Positions 29,299 through 38,601 of a stretch of 64,000 nucleotides of DNA are shown here, piece after piece; positions within the stretch are counted from its first letter, which is position 1, and each line of letters opens with the position of its first letter. The stretch covers positions 1-64,000 of the forward strand of contig JBFGJG010000014.1 of the NCBI GenBank assembly GCA_041577295.1, given 5' to 3'. The translations under genes and the position numbers were made by a program. The notes beneath the pieces were generated by a model that worked only from the letters and a program-made list of their open reading frames with translations, did not search any database and was not told the DNA's origin. The stretch comes from Gemmatimonadales bacterium. Its GTDB lineage: Bacteria; Gemmatimonadota; Gemmatimonadetes; Gemmatimonadales; GWC2-71-9.

Positions 29299-30429
29299 AT
29301 GGGCTGGCGCGTTGCCGCGGTTGGTATGGTTGGGCTCGGTGTTCTCGTGGTAGCGGGCGAGACGCAATCCCAAGAACGTATGGGTCCGCGCGAGATGGGA
29401 CTAACAGTTGGTGAGCTGACGCCGGGCCCTCTCAACGCCATCACGGATGTGCCCGGTGTGCTCGTCGGTCAGGTAACGTTGGCGCGCGGTGATTCGGTCA
29501 ACACGGGTGTGACCGCCGTCCTTCCACACGCGGGGAATTCCTTTCGAGAAAAGGTGCCCGCCGCCATAGTGGTCGGAAACGGCTTTGGCAAGCTGATTGG
29601 GTTCACGCAAGTGCAAGAACTGGGCGAGTTGGAGTCGCCCATCGTTCTCACGTGCACGCTGTGCGCGCCGCGCGCGGCCGATGCAGTCATCACCTACCTG
29701 TTGTCGCTGCCTGGGAACGAGCAGGTCCGGTCTGTGAATCCCGTGGTGGGCGAGACCAACGACGGGTTCCTGAACGACATCCGTTCCCGTCCCATAACCT
29801 CCGAGGATGTGTTGCAGGCCATCCGGGTCGCGCGTGGGGGAGCGGTGGAGCAGGGCAGCGTTGGCGCGGGTCGAGGAACGCGAACGATGGGCTGGAAGGG
29901 CGGCATTGGCACGTCGAGCCGCCGACTTTCCGAACGCCGCGGTGGGTGGACAGTGGGGGTGCTCGTTCAGAGCAACTTCTCGGACGGGTCGTTAACCGTT
30001 CGGGGCGCCCCGGTCGGTCAGGAGTTAGAGCGAGCCTACTTAAAGGAAAAAGATCCTGCGGAGCGTGAGGGTGGCTCGATCATGATCGTCGTGGCAACCG
30101 ACGCGCCACTCGAGCACCGCAACCTCGAGCGGCTGGCTCGGCGTGCACTAGCCGGTCTGGCACGTACGGGCAGTGCCATGAGCAACGGGTCCGGCGACTA
30201 CGTCATCGCGTTCAGTACGACCCGCGTCGCCCAGCTCGGCGCGGCTTCTTCAGTACGCAACGAGGAGATGAGCCCACTTTTCCAGGCCGTGATTGAGGCG
30301 ACCGAGGAGGCCATCTACAATTCATTATTCTTGGCAACGAGCGTGCGCGGTCATCGGGGAAACACCGACGCGCTGCCGCTCGATGCCACACGCGCCATCC
30401 TCCAACGACACGGAGTGCTGCGCCCATGA
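29299..30429 (+). CDS. dmpA: DmpA-family (P1/S58) L-aminopeptidase/D-esterase, with signal peptide
   Basis: NAITDVPGV.VG, GNGFGK..G, PVVGETNDG.LNDI, KGGIGTSSR, autocleavage site G|SIMIVVATDAPL, NGSGD. Confidence 0.88.
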   Translation: MGWRVAAVGMVGLGVLVVAGETQSQERMGPREMGLTVGELTPGPLNAITDVPGVLVGQVTLARGDSVNTGVTAVLPHAGNSFREKVPAAIVVGNGFGKLIGFTQVQELGELESPIVLTCTLCAPRAADAVITYLLSLPGNEQVRSVNPVVGETNDGFLNDIRSRPITSEDVLQAIRVARGGAVEQGSVGAGRGTRTMGWKGGIGTSSRRLSERRGGWTVGVLVQSNFSDGSLTVRGAPVGQELERAYLKEKDPAEREGGSIMIVVATDAPLEHRNLERLARRALAGLARTGSAMSNGSGDYVIAFSTTRVAQLGAASSVRNEEMSPLFQAVIEATEEAIYNSLFLATSVRGHRGNTDALPLDATRAILQRHGVLRP

Positions 30430-31658
30430 AGACGTCTTCTGCACCCCCGGCCTTCACACCCTCCAAGAATCTGGACCATCTGCGGCCGTCGGAGACGATG
30501 GCGATTAGCCAGGAAGCGCAGCGTCGCCGCAATGCTGGAGAGGACGTGATCGACCTGTCGGCGGGTGAGCCGGACTTCGATACACCCCGGTTGGTGGGGG
30601 ACGCCGGTATCCGCGCCATCCAACAAGGCAAGACCCACTACCCCCCAAACCAGGGCATCCTCGAGCTCCGTGCGGCAGCCGCGCGGCACCTCTCACTCCT
30701 CTCGGGCGGTCGGCCCGTCAATGCGGACAATATCGTCGTCTCGACGGGGGCCAAGCAGGCGCTGTTCAATGCCGTGTTCGCGCTCTTTGGTCCAACCGAC
30801 AGTGTCTTGATCCCGAGCCCGGCGTGGGTTTCCTACCCGCAGATGGTCCATCTCGCCCGAGCGAAGCCCGTGTTCGTGCCCGGTGACATCGAGTGGAGTT
30901 TGAAGGTGGGCGTGGACGACCTCGATGCCGCAGCCGATGCCAACACAGCGGGGCTCATCCTGTGCAGCCCGGTGAATCCCACCGGCGCCGTGTACACACG
31001 CGCTGAGCTGAAGTCGATTCTCGAGTGGGCGATGGACCGTGATATCTGGGTCATTGCGGACGAGATCTACCGGCGCATCCACTATGGACAGGGAGCTGCG
31101 CCCTCAACCCTGGACTTACCCGATGAGCTCCTGGAACGGGTCGTTCTCATCACCGGCGTGAGCAAGACGTACGCGATGACGGGGTGGCGGATCGGATTGG
31201 CGGTGGCACCCCGTGACGTAGCCAAAGCCATGTCCGCGCTGCAAACCCACGTCACGAGCGGTGCATCACACCCGTCCCAGTATGCGGCGGCGACGGCCCT
31301 GGGTGAAGAGCGGGTCGAGCCCGATGTGACGCGGATGGTCGAGACATTTCGGAGCCGTCGGGATCTGGTGGTGTCATTCTTTCGCGAGCGCGTTCCGGGC
31401 GTAGAGTTCGTCGAGCCGATGGGCGCGTTCTACTTCTTCTTCCGCATCGACAGCGTGTTTCGCGATGGCATGACCAGCGCGGCAGATTTCTGTCAACGAC
31501 TGTTGGCCGAGAAGGGTGTCGCGCTCGTTCCGGGAGATGCCTTTGGAGACAACCGATGGGTGCGGCTGTCGTTCGCGACGAGCGAGAAGCACATCCGACG
31601 CGCGCTCGATCGGATCGCCGATTTTCTGAGCAAGCTGCGCCTGTCTCGACAGGCGTGA
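30426..31658 (+). CDS. PLP-dependent aminotransferase class I/II (AspC-like)
   Basis: GEPDFDTP, GAKQA, SPVNPTG, DEIY, SKTYAMTGWRIG. Confidence 0.93.
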   Translation: MKTSSAPPAFTPSKNLDHLRPSETMAISQEAQRRRNAGEDVIDLSAGEPDFDTPRLVGDAGIRAIQQGKTHYPPNQGILELRAAAARHLSLLSGGRPVNADNIVVSTGAKQALFNAVFALFGPTDSVLIPSPAWVSYPQMVHLARAKPVFVPGDIEWSLKVGVDDLDAAADANTAGLILCSPVNPTGAVYTRAELKSILEWAMDRDIWVIADEIYRRIHYGQGAAPSTLDLPDELLERVVLITGVSKTYAMTGWRIGLAVAPRDVAKAMSALQTHVTSGASHPSQYAAATALGEERVEPDVTRMVETFRSRRDLVVSFFRERVPGVEFVEPMGAFYFFFRIDSVFRDGMTSAADFCQRLLAEKGVALVPGDAFGDNRWVRLSFATSEKHIRRALDRIADFLSKLRLSRQA

Positions 31659-31665
31659 GGTTGGC

Positions 31666-33339
31666 ATGATCATGCGAGTGCGGCGCGTCCTTCTGGCGTG
31701 GGCTGGACTCGGACTCACCACGTCACTCCTGTTCCCTTCGACGGCACGGGCACAGGCTCCGGAAACCGGTGTGCGCATTCTGCACAACGCCAAGTTCTGG
31801 ACGGGGGATTCGACGCGGCCGTTTGTCGAAGCGGTCGCCGTGCGTGGTGCGCACATCGTGGCCGTCGGAACCGTGGCGGAGGTACGGGCGGCGGTTGGGG
31901 ACGCCGCCGAAGAAGATCAAGGCGGTCGCATGGTGGTTCCCGGTTTCATCGACACCCACACGCATTTCAACCGGGCGGGTGCGCTGCTTCTCGGGCTCAA
32001 CCTGCTCGACGTGTCGAGTGACAGCCTGTTCCGCGTGCGTGTTGCCGAGGCTCACCGCCGTTTGCCCGTCGGCGCCTGGATGGTGGGTGGCGACTGGGGT
32101 GCGTATGACCTGAAGAGTGACTGGTCGCCGCGACGCGCGCTGCTCGACTCGCTCACGGGTGACCGGCCCGCGCTCATCACCAAGTGGGATCGCACGCAAT
32201 ACGTCGCAAACACCGCTGCCCTTGCCGCGGCGGGGCTGTTGCTGACGAATGAGATCGCGCCGCTCACCCGGGAAGAGGCACGACGGATCGAAGCCGTGAT
32301 TCCTGCGCCCTCCTTTGAGCAGCGTTTGGTCGAGGCGCGGCTCGCGCTCAGCGATCTTTCCCGCCATGGGGTGACCACCATCCACGACAACACAGGGGCG
32401 GAGCAGATGCGGCTGTTCCAGCACCTGGCGCGGCGCGACTCATTGACCGTCCGCGTCTGCGCGCGGCCAACACTCGACCACTGGAACGATCTCGCAGCCG
32501 TTGGCGTCGAGACGCGGTTCGGCGACGAATGGGTGCGGGTGTGCGGCCTGAAGGGGTTCGTCGATGGTATCATGGGCAACTCCACCGCGCGCTTCCGGCT
32601 GCCATACGATCACATCCCCGGTGAGGTAGGTCGGTGGCGCACGATGATGGCGCCGCCGGGGAACATGGAGCATCTGATCCTCGCCGCGGACTCCGCGGGC
32701 TTGACGCCACAGATCCACGCCATCGGCGATCTCGCGGTCGACACGTTGCTCGACATGTACGAGATGGCCATTCGCATCAACGGCGTGCGAGACCGCCGGT
32801 TCCGGATGATCCACGCTCAGGTGGTCGAGCCCGATGACTTCGCGCGGTTTGGTGCGCTGGGCGTCATCGCGGAAGTGCAACCGTTTCACGCGATCGACGA
32901 CATGCGGTGGATGGAAGATCGCATTGGTCCGCGGTCCAAGGGGGCTTACGCGTTTCGATCGTTGAAGAATGGAGGCGCGCTGCTCGTGTTTGGCTCAGAC
33001 TGGCCTGGGACGAATGCGTCATGGTATCCCGCAGATCCGCTCCTCGGCATCTACGCGGCGGTCACGAGGCAAACCGTGGATGGTCAGCCGTCGGGTGGGT
33101 GGTTCCCGGCCGAGAGGCTGACGGTGCAGGAAGCGCTCGAGGCGTACACGATAGCTCCCGCATACGCGGCCTTCGAAGAAGATTGGAAAGGGAAGCTCAC
33201 CCCTGGTTACGTTGCGGATCTCGCCGTTTTGTCGCAGGATCTCTTCGCGATTCCGCCGAGCGCCATTCGCGACGCCCGGGTTCTCAAGACGATGGTCGGC
33301 GGCCGGTGGGTCTTCGAGCACGAGGCGCCCACGCCTTGA
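31666..33339 (+). CDS. Exported amidohydrolase-3 (YtcJ-like) family protein
   Basis: Signal peptide; PGFIDTHTH, K.FVDG, HAIGD, R.IHAQ, FGSDWP, G.L.PG..AD. Confidence 0.9.
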   Translation: MIMRVRRVLLAWAGLGLTTSLLFPSTARAQAPETGVRILHNAKFWTGDSTRPFVEAVAVRGAHIVAVGTVAEVRAAVGDAAEEDQGGRMVVPGFIDTHTHFNRAGALLLGLNLLDVSSDSLFRVRVAEAHRRLPVGAWMVGGDWGAYDLKSDWSPRRALLDSLTGDRPALITKWDRTQYVANTAALAAAGLLLTNEIAPLTREEARRIEAVIPAPSFEQRLVEARLALSDLSRHGVTTIHDNTGAEQMRLFQHLARRDSLTVRVCARPTLDHWNDLAAVGVETRFGDEWVRVCGLKGFVDGIMGNSTARFRLPYDHIPGEVGRWRTMMAPPGNMEHLILAADSAGLTPQIHAIGDLAVDTLLDMYEMAIRINGVRDRRFRMIHAQVVEPDDFARFGALGVIAEVQPFHAIDDMRWMEDRIGPRSKGAYAFRSLKNGGALLVFGSDWPGTNASWYPADPLLGIYAAVTRQTVDGQPSGGWFPAERLTVQEALEAYTIAPAYAAFEEDWKGKLTPGYVADLAVLSQDLFAIPPSAIRDARVLKTMVGGRWVFEHEAPTP

Positions 33340-33977
33340 GCGAGCACACGCGGCTCGAGGAGTACATCAGCAAGCTGTTCGCGCCGGAGGATTCCGTCCT
33401 CGCCGACATTCGCGATCGTCACCCACGGGAAGGTCTCCCGGAAATCTTCATCTCCCCCGCAGAGGCCAAGCTGATCGTCGTGCTGCTCGTCGCCATTGGG
33501 GCAAGACGGGTGCTGGAGATCGGCACGTTGGGTGGATACAGCGGGGTGTGGTTTGCGCGCGCGTTGCCACCGGACGGGCGTCTCGTCACGATCGAGCACG
33601 ACGCCGGGCACGCGCGCGTCGCCAAGGAGAGCTTCGCCGCAGCCGGTGTGTTGGATCGCGTCGATTTGCTGGAGGGCGAGGCGCTCGACATCCTGTCGAC
33701 ACTCGAGCCAGGGTTTGACGCCGTCTTCATCGACGCCGACAAGGCACCGATGGCGAGCTATTTCATGGAAGCGGTCCGCCTAGTTCGCGTCGGAGGCCTC
33801 GTTTTGTGCGACAATGCACTCATCGATGGCCGGGTGGTCGACGAGGGTGACACCCAACCCGACGTACAAGGTGTCCGGGCCTCCAACCGGCTCGCGGCAA
33901 CCGATCCCCGCTTGCTCTCGACGCTCGTCCCTATCCGCGACGGGCTCACGATCAGCCTCAAGGTTGGGGGACCCTGA
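33336..33977 (+). CDS. O-methyltransferase (caffeoyl-CoA/Methyltransf_3 family)
   Basis: VLEIGTLGGYS, FDAVFIDADK, CDN, PIRDGL; TTGA overlap start. Confidence 0.9.
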   Translation: MSEHTRLEEYISKLFAPEDSVLADIRDRHPREGLPEIFISPAEAKLIVVLLVAIGARRVLEIGTLGGYSGVWFARALPPDGRLVTIEHDAGHARVAKESFAAAGVLDRVDLLEGEALDILSTLEPGFDAVFIDADKAPMASYFMEAVRLVRVGGLVLCDNALIDGRVVDEGDTQPDVQGVRASNRLAATDPRLLSTLVPIRDGLTISLKVGGP

Positions 33978-34927
33978 CCACCACCTCCCGCCACCAGATT
34001 CGCGAAGCGCTCGTCCGGGCGCAGGGCACGGTCAGCGCAGGTCGCGCACGGACCCACGTGGGTCCTCCTCTGCAGTCGCCATTCGCCTCGGCCGAGCTCG
34101 TCGAGGGCGATCGCATGCGCGCCATCGATGTTGGGGACGCTACCCCAGCGCCCAGCAGCGTCGCATTCCTCGACGGGATTCAGCGTTACGCCGTGGAAGG
34201 GCATCTTGGGATTATCCCCTTGGTGCGGGGTTACGTCGCCGCCGCCGTGTTGCGTCGAGAGGAACAGACCCTCAAGGCTGCGGCATCGCAGAACGAAGAG
34301 TTTCTGGTTGTGCCCGTGTCTCGTCTCACGCCAGCCCAGCACGCCGAGCTGACGGAGCTACCGCTTCCCCTGTATGACTGCACGGATGGAGAACGTAGTC
34401 ACCCCATTCTCGACGTCCAGCTCGCCGCGGCGGTGGTCGAACGTCGCCGGGAACAGTTGGAGCGCCGCTTGGCAATTGACCATCTGGCAGGGGGCTGCGA
34501 CGAATGGCTGGTGGTCGACGGTTCGATCGGGGATCTGGTGGGTGGCAAGATTGAGCGCCACGGTGTACTTGGCCTCGTCAAGAGTCACGACACGCAATTC
34601 CTGGATGGCGCCGATCTGGAAGTCGCGCTTACGCTGCTCCCAGGTTATCGGACGAGCGTCTTTGCCAGGCACGTTGGCGGACAAAAACCGGTGTTTACGT
34701 GGTATCTTCGGTTGTGGCCCTGGGAATCACATGATCTACTCTACGGCCTGGTGCGAATCGAACGAGCGCCGACTGATCAGACGGTGGCGGAGGCCTCGAT
34801 GGTGAGTCGCTGGCTCGTGGCCGAACGTGCGCCGCTGGCAGCGCCCGATGAACGGTGGGACCGTCTCATCTATCCCATCCGCCAGGTCGAGGAGTACCTG
34901 CAGTCGCAGGTGGGAGGTTGGTGGTGA
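33974..34927 (+). CDS. nurA: NurA-family nuclease
   Basis: AFLDGIQR, LVVDGS, GLVKSH, WYLRL, C-terminal YPI..VE..L; immediately upstream of herA. Start uncertain (CTG 33974 or GTG 34058). Confidence 0.75.
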   Translation: MTTTSRHQIREALVRAQGTVSAGRARTHVGPPLQSPFASAELVEGDRMRAIDVGDATPAPSSVAFLDGIQRYAVEGHLGIIPLVRGYVAAAVLRREEQTLKAAASQNEEFLVVPVSRLTPAQHAELTELPLPLYDCTDGERSHPILDVQLAAAVVERRREQLERRLAIDHLAGGCDEWLVVDGSIGDLVGGKIERHGVLGLVKSHDTQFLDGADLEVALTLLPGYRTSVFARHVGGQKPVFTWYLRLWPWESHDLLYGLVRIERAPTDQTVAEASMVSRWLVAERAPLAAPDERWDRLIYPIRQVEEYLQSQVGGWW

Positions 34928-36864
34928 TCAAGTTGGGCACATCGCCCGTCGGGCGCGTCGTTGCCACCGAGGCGTTGCCCGCGAGTCCGCATCAGTTCCA
35001 CTTCTGGACTGCCATCGAGACGCCGCTTGGCATCGGTGCGATTGTCCGCGTGGATGCCGAGAGCGGCCGCTGTGCGTACGCGGTCGTCATCGATGGGCGG
35101 GCCTATTCAGACCTCGCGACACCGCTGCACGACGTGGTTGCCGCGGAGGGTGATCCGTCCGGCTCGCCCGGTCCAACCCGTCGTACAGAGATCCGTCTGT
35201 GGACGGCCGCTGTGCTGCGTCAGGTGCCGGAAGAGCCTGTGCAGCCGGTGCCGCTTGCCGACGTGCACATGGCGACGGAGCAAGACGTGGCGATCGCGCT
35301 GCGGATGGACGCCTATGCGCTGGTCGAGCCATCTACGGCCCTCCCGGTCGGCGTCTACCGCTCTGCCGGGCTCCAGGCACCGGTATCACTCGATGCCAAC
35401 TTCCTGTTGGGCCCCGAGTCGGCACATCTCAACATCTCCGGTGTCTCCGGGCTCGCCACCAAGACGAGCGCCGTGTTGTTCTTTCTCACGAGCATCTTTC
35501 AGCGATTCCCCCGGGAGAAGGGTACCGTCGCCGCGGTCTGCTTCAACGTGAAGGGGCCGGACCTCTGCTTTCTCGATCAACCGGCGGCATTGGACGACGA
35601 CGCGCGGAAGATCTACGACACGTTGGGTGTCGACCCCAGGCCGTTCGCCAATGTGTGCTATCACGCTCCGTTCAAGCCAGACGGCGTGAATCTGAACACC
35701 CTTCGCTCGAATGTGGATCTCGTGGGTTCGGTGCAACCACTGGTGTGGGGGCTACGCGAGGTACTGGACTATCACGAGGTGCTGCTGAACCGAGACGACA
35801 TCGACGCCAAGGCCGATGCGTTCCTCGATTTCCTGGCCGACCGGGTAGTCGGCAAGGAGTTTCAAGACGAATGGGGCGGCACCCATCGGGTTCGTAGCTT
35901 CGCCGATCTGGAGGTCTTGTTCCGTGCCATCTTCGATGGCTTGGAGAACGCGGGTCGCAGCGACATCTGGCGCACGCACCACATCGCGACCATTCGGAAG
36001 GTGCGCAATCGGTTGCTCAATATCTCCACCCGATGCAAGGGGTTGGTGACCGACGATGGGACCGTGAGCGACTTGCCCTTCGGAACCTTCGAAGATCGCA
36101 GCGTCCACGTCATCGACGTCGCGGGCATGGATCAGCTCGGTCAGGACCTCGTGTTCACCCGCGTGGTCTCAAAGCTCCGCGAGCATCTCGAGCGCCGGGA
36201 CCTCGGCGTTGACCACGTGATCGTGTTCGTCGACGAGCTGAACAAGTACGCGCCCGGCGACGGACCCGAGACCTACGTGAAGAAGATGCTCCTCGATATT
36301 TCGGAGCGAGGCCGATACCTCGGGCTCGTGCTGTTCGCCGCGCAGCAGTTTCGCTCCCAGGTGCATCGCCGGGTCGTAGGAAACGCGGGGACGATGGTGT
36401 TCGGCCGGATGGACATGGACGAGCTTGCCACGCCGGGCTACCAGATCCTCTCGCCCGCGACCCGAATCAAGCTCGCCACGCTCCCGAAGGGCGAGCTCAT
36501 GGTCAGGCATCCCCATTTCACTCAGCCGGTCTTCATTCGGTTTCCCCATCCACCGGTGCTCACGGGACCGGAGGGCATTGCGCGGTTTCCACCCGCCGTC
36601 GACGTCCCCTTCGACGATGCCGTTGTTCGTCAACTGTCCGCCCTCGACCGGCGGGTGGCGCCAGCCAAGATCAAGGACGCCATTGCCGGGCGCCGCGAGG
36701 AGGACGTTCGTCGCGCGTTGCTGGCGACGAGACGCGTGCGTCCGGACGACGTGACCACATTCTTCATCACGAGTCTGGGTCCGGTCGTCCGGACGGCCAA
36801 GGTTGGTTCGGAGCCCGCGGCCGCACCGGGTCTCAGGAGCGTTGAGGATCCCTATGCGCCCTAA
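34924..36864 (+). CDS. herA: HerA-family ATPase/DNA translocase
   Basis: N-terminal beta-barrel-like region (VGRVVATE); HLNISGVSGLATKTS Walker A variant, FNVKG.DL, VFVDELNKYAP Walker B, RGRYLG arginine finger, AQQ. Confidence 0.85.
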   Translation: MIKLGTSPVGRVVATEALPASPHQFHFWTAIETPLGIGAIVRVDAESGRCAYAVVIDGRAYSDLATPLHDVVAAEGDPSGSPGPTRRTEIRLWTAAVLRQVPEEPVQPVPLADVHMATEQDVAIALRMDAYALVEPSTALPVGVYRSAGLQAPVSLDANFLLGPESAHLNISGVSGLATKTSAVLFFLTSIFQRFPREKGTVAAVCFNVKGPDLCFLDQPAALDDDARKIYDTLGVDPRPFANVCYHAPFKPDGVNLNTLRSNVDLVGSVQPLVWGLREVLDYHEVLLNRDDIDAKADAFLDFLADRVVGKEFQDEWGGTHRVRSFADLEVLFRAIFDGLENAGRSDIWRTHHIATIRKVRNRLLNISTRCKGLVTDDGTVSDLPFGTFEDRSVHVIDVAGMDQLGQDLVFTRVVSKLREHLERRDLGVDHVIVFVDELNKYAPGDGPETYVKKMLLDISERGRYLGLVLFAAQQFRSQVHRRVVGNAGTMVFGRMDMDELATPGYQILSPATRIKLATLPKGELMVRHPHFTQPVFIRFPHPPVLTGPEGIARFPPAVDVPFDDAVVRQLSALDRRVAPAKIKDAIAGRREEDVRRALLATRRVRPDDVTTFFITSLGPVVRTAKVGSEPAAAPGLRSVEDPYAP

Positions 36865-37741
36865 GTGGGTGGCTGGGTTGCTCGCCAGTGCGCTCTGGGC
36901 GGTGCCCGCGGTCGCGCAGGACAGTCTCACGCTGCGCTACCAGCCGCCGGAGGGAATGTCGGTCCGCACGGTGGCGTGGACGGACATGACGTTGACCATT
37001 GGGGAGAGTCGACCAGACGCGTTTGGCGCGGACAGCGTCACCATCGAGATCGCGGAGCTCGAAAGCCTCACCGAGTTCGTGCGTGAAGCGCGGGACGACT
37101 ACTTCGTGGTGGAGGTCATGTTCGACTCCGTCCGGGCGCGCTATCGCCCCAGAGGAGGCGAGTGGCAATTCGTGGCGGACTCGAACGCGCGGCCGGTGAG
37201 CGGCCGGATGGCGGTCGATGCGCGGCGGCGCGTCGGTGAGATCGCGTTGGACGACCCAGGCATGGTGCAGCTCTCCACGGCCCGCCGCCTCCGGAGCTTG
37301 ACCCGCTGGTTGTCGCTCGCGCTGCCAGCGGAGCCGGTTGCGGCGCATTCGCAGTGGACCGCGGATGTGGTTTTTCCCGTCAACACACCCGAAGAGCTTG
37401 CGGATGTGATTCGCACGCCGGCGCTCGACCTGCGCGGATTCGCGACGATCGCGGTCGACAGTATAGTCCCCACCGGTACCGATACGCTGGCCTATCTGCG
37501 TTTCGATGGTGTGCTCGTACCCCCGGAAGCGACGCACGGACTGGAAGCGGCACTCCGTGTCCGAGAGCTCGACGCCTCGTTCGCCGGTTCCTACGTGTGG
37601 TCCACTGGGTGGAACACGTACGTGTCGGGAGCCACTCGTCTGCTCATGGATCTCACCTTGCTCGAAGGAACGGTCCGTGGTGTGCTGGAGGGAATGGAAG
37701 TGCATTTCGACTCGCTCTTTCGCTTCCAGGTGCGGCCGTGA
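36854..37741 (+). CDS. Exported hypothetical protein (paralog 1)
   Basis: Signal peptide MRPKW...AVA|QDSLTLRYQPP; beta-rich. Confidence 0.75.
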   Translation: MRPKWVAGLLASALWAVPAVAQDSLTLRYQPPEGMSVRTVAWTDMTLTIGESRPDAFGADSVTIEIAELESLTEFVREARDDYFVVEVMFDSVRARYRPRGGEWQFVADSNARPVSGRMAVDARRRVGEIALDDPGMVQLSTARRLRSLTRWLSLALPAEPVAAHSQWTADVVFPVNTPEELADVIRTPALDLRGFATIAVDSIVPTGTDTLAYLRFDGVLVPPEATHGLEAALRVRELDASFAGSYVWSTGWNTYVSGATRLLMDLTLLEGTVRGVLEGMEVHFDSLFRFQVRP

Positions 37742-38601
37742 GGCGATTGCTGCTCGCCGGCATGGTAACCATCGTCGGTATGGTTCCCGCGCGACTGGAG
37801 GCACAAGACAGCATCCGCCTGCGGTACACCCCACCCTTCGGAACAAAGATCCATCGTGTGTTTCAAACGCATACGCGGGTTACGACGCGGGCCGCGGAGC
37901 AAGGGCGTCCCACGTCGCGGACGCATGAAACCGTTGACCTCGGAGGTGCGGTGCAGGTGGCCCTCACCGGTCCGAACGGCGAGTCCGTTACCCACGTGGC
38001 GTTCGATTCCTTGCGCATCCGTACGCGGGATGGTGGAGGGCCGTGGCACGAGCGCGTGGTGACACAATCCGATCGACTGTGGCTGCAGGCCGTGGTCGAT
38101 CAACGACTGCAGATTGATCGGTTGACGGTCGGCACAGAGTTACCCGTGGCGGAGCCGTTGCTTTCGCTCGTCACGGGGCTGCCCAACTTCGTGTTACCGG
38201 ATGCCTGGCTGCGGTCCGGTGACCTGTGGACGGTGCAGCACAGCGTCCCTCTCGCCGGGTTCTTCACGCGTGGCGATGCATCGGGCCCACCCGACAGTCT
38301 GACGGCGCGCACGGTGTTCCAAGTGGACAGCCTGGTCTCCCGGACAGGAGACACCCTCGCGTACCTACAGTTCACGGGTGGATTTCGCCCGGTCCAGACG
38401 ACCGGTGACGCCGCACTCACATACGGTGGCGGTCTCGCGGGATCGCTCGTTTGGTCCAGTGGCTGGAGCGCGTTTGTCTCGGCAGCGGTGCGGTTCCGCC
38501 TGAACGTGCACGTTCGCGACGAGCGCGAGGACGAAACGCCACCGGAGTTGCTGATCACGTTGGAGACTACGACCCGTCACCAGGTGCGCCCCGGGACGTG
38601 A
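37738..38601 (+). CDS. Exported hypothetical protein (paralog 2)
   Basis: GTG start (GTGA overlap); signal peptide ...LEA|QDSIRLRYTPP; shares blocks with paralog 1. Confidence 0.75.
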   Translation: MRRLLLAGMVTIVGMVPARLEAQDSIRLRYTPPFGTKIHRVFQTHTRVTTRAAEQGRPTSRTHETVDLGGAVQVALTGPNGESVTHVAFDSLRIRTRDGGGPWHERVVTQSDRLWLQAVVDQRLQIDRLTVGTELPVAEPLLSLVTGLPNFVLPDAWLRSGDLWTVQHSVPLAGFFTRGDASGPPDSLTARTVFQVDSLVSRTGDTLAYLQFTGGFRPVQTTGDAALTYGGGLAGSLVWSSGWSAFVSAAVRFRLNVHVRDEREDETPPELLITLETTTRHQVRPGT

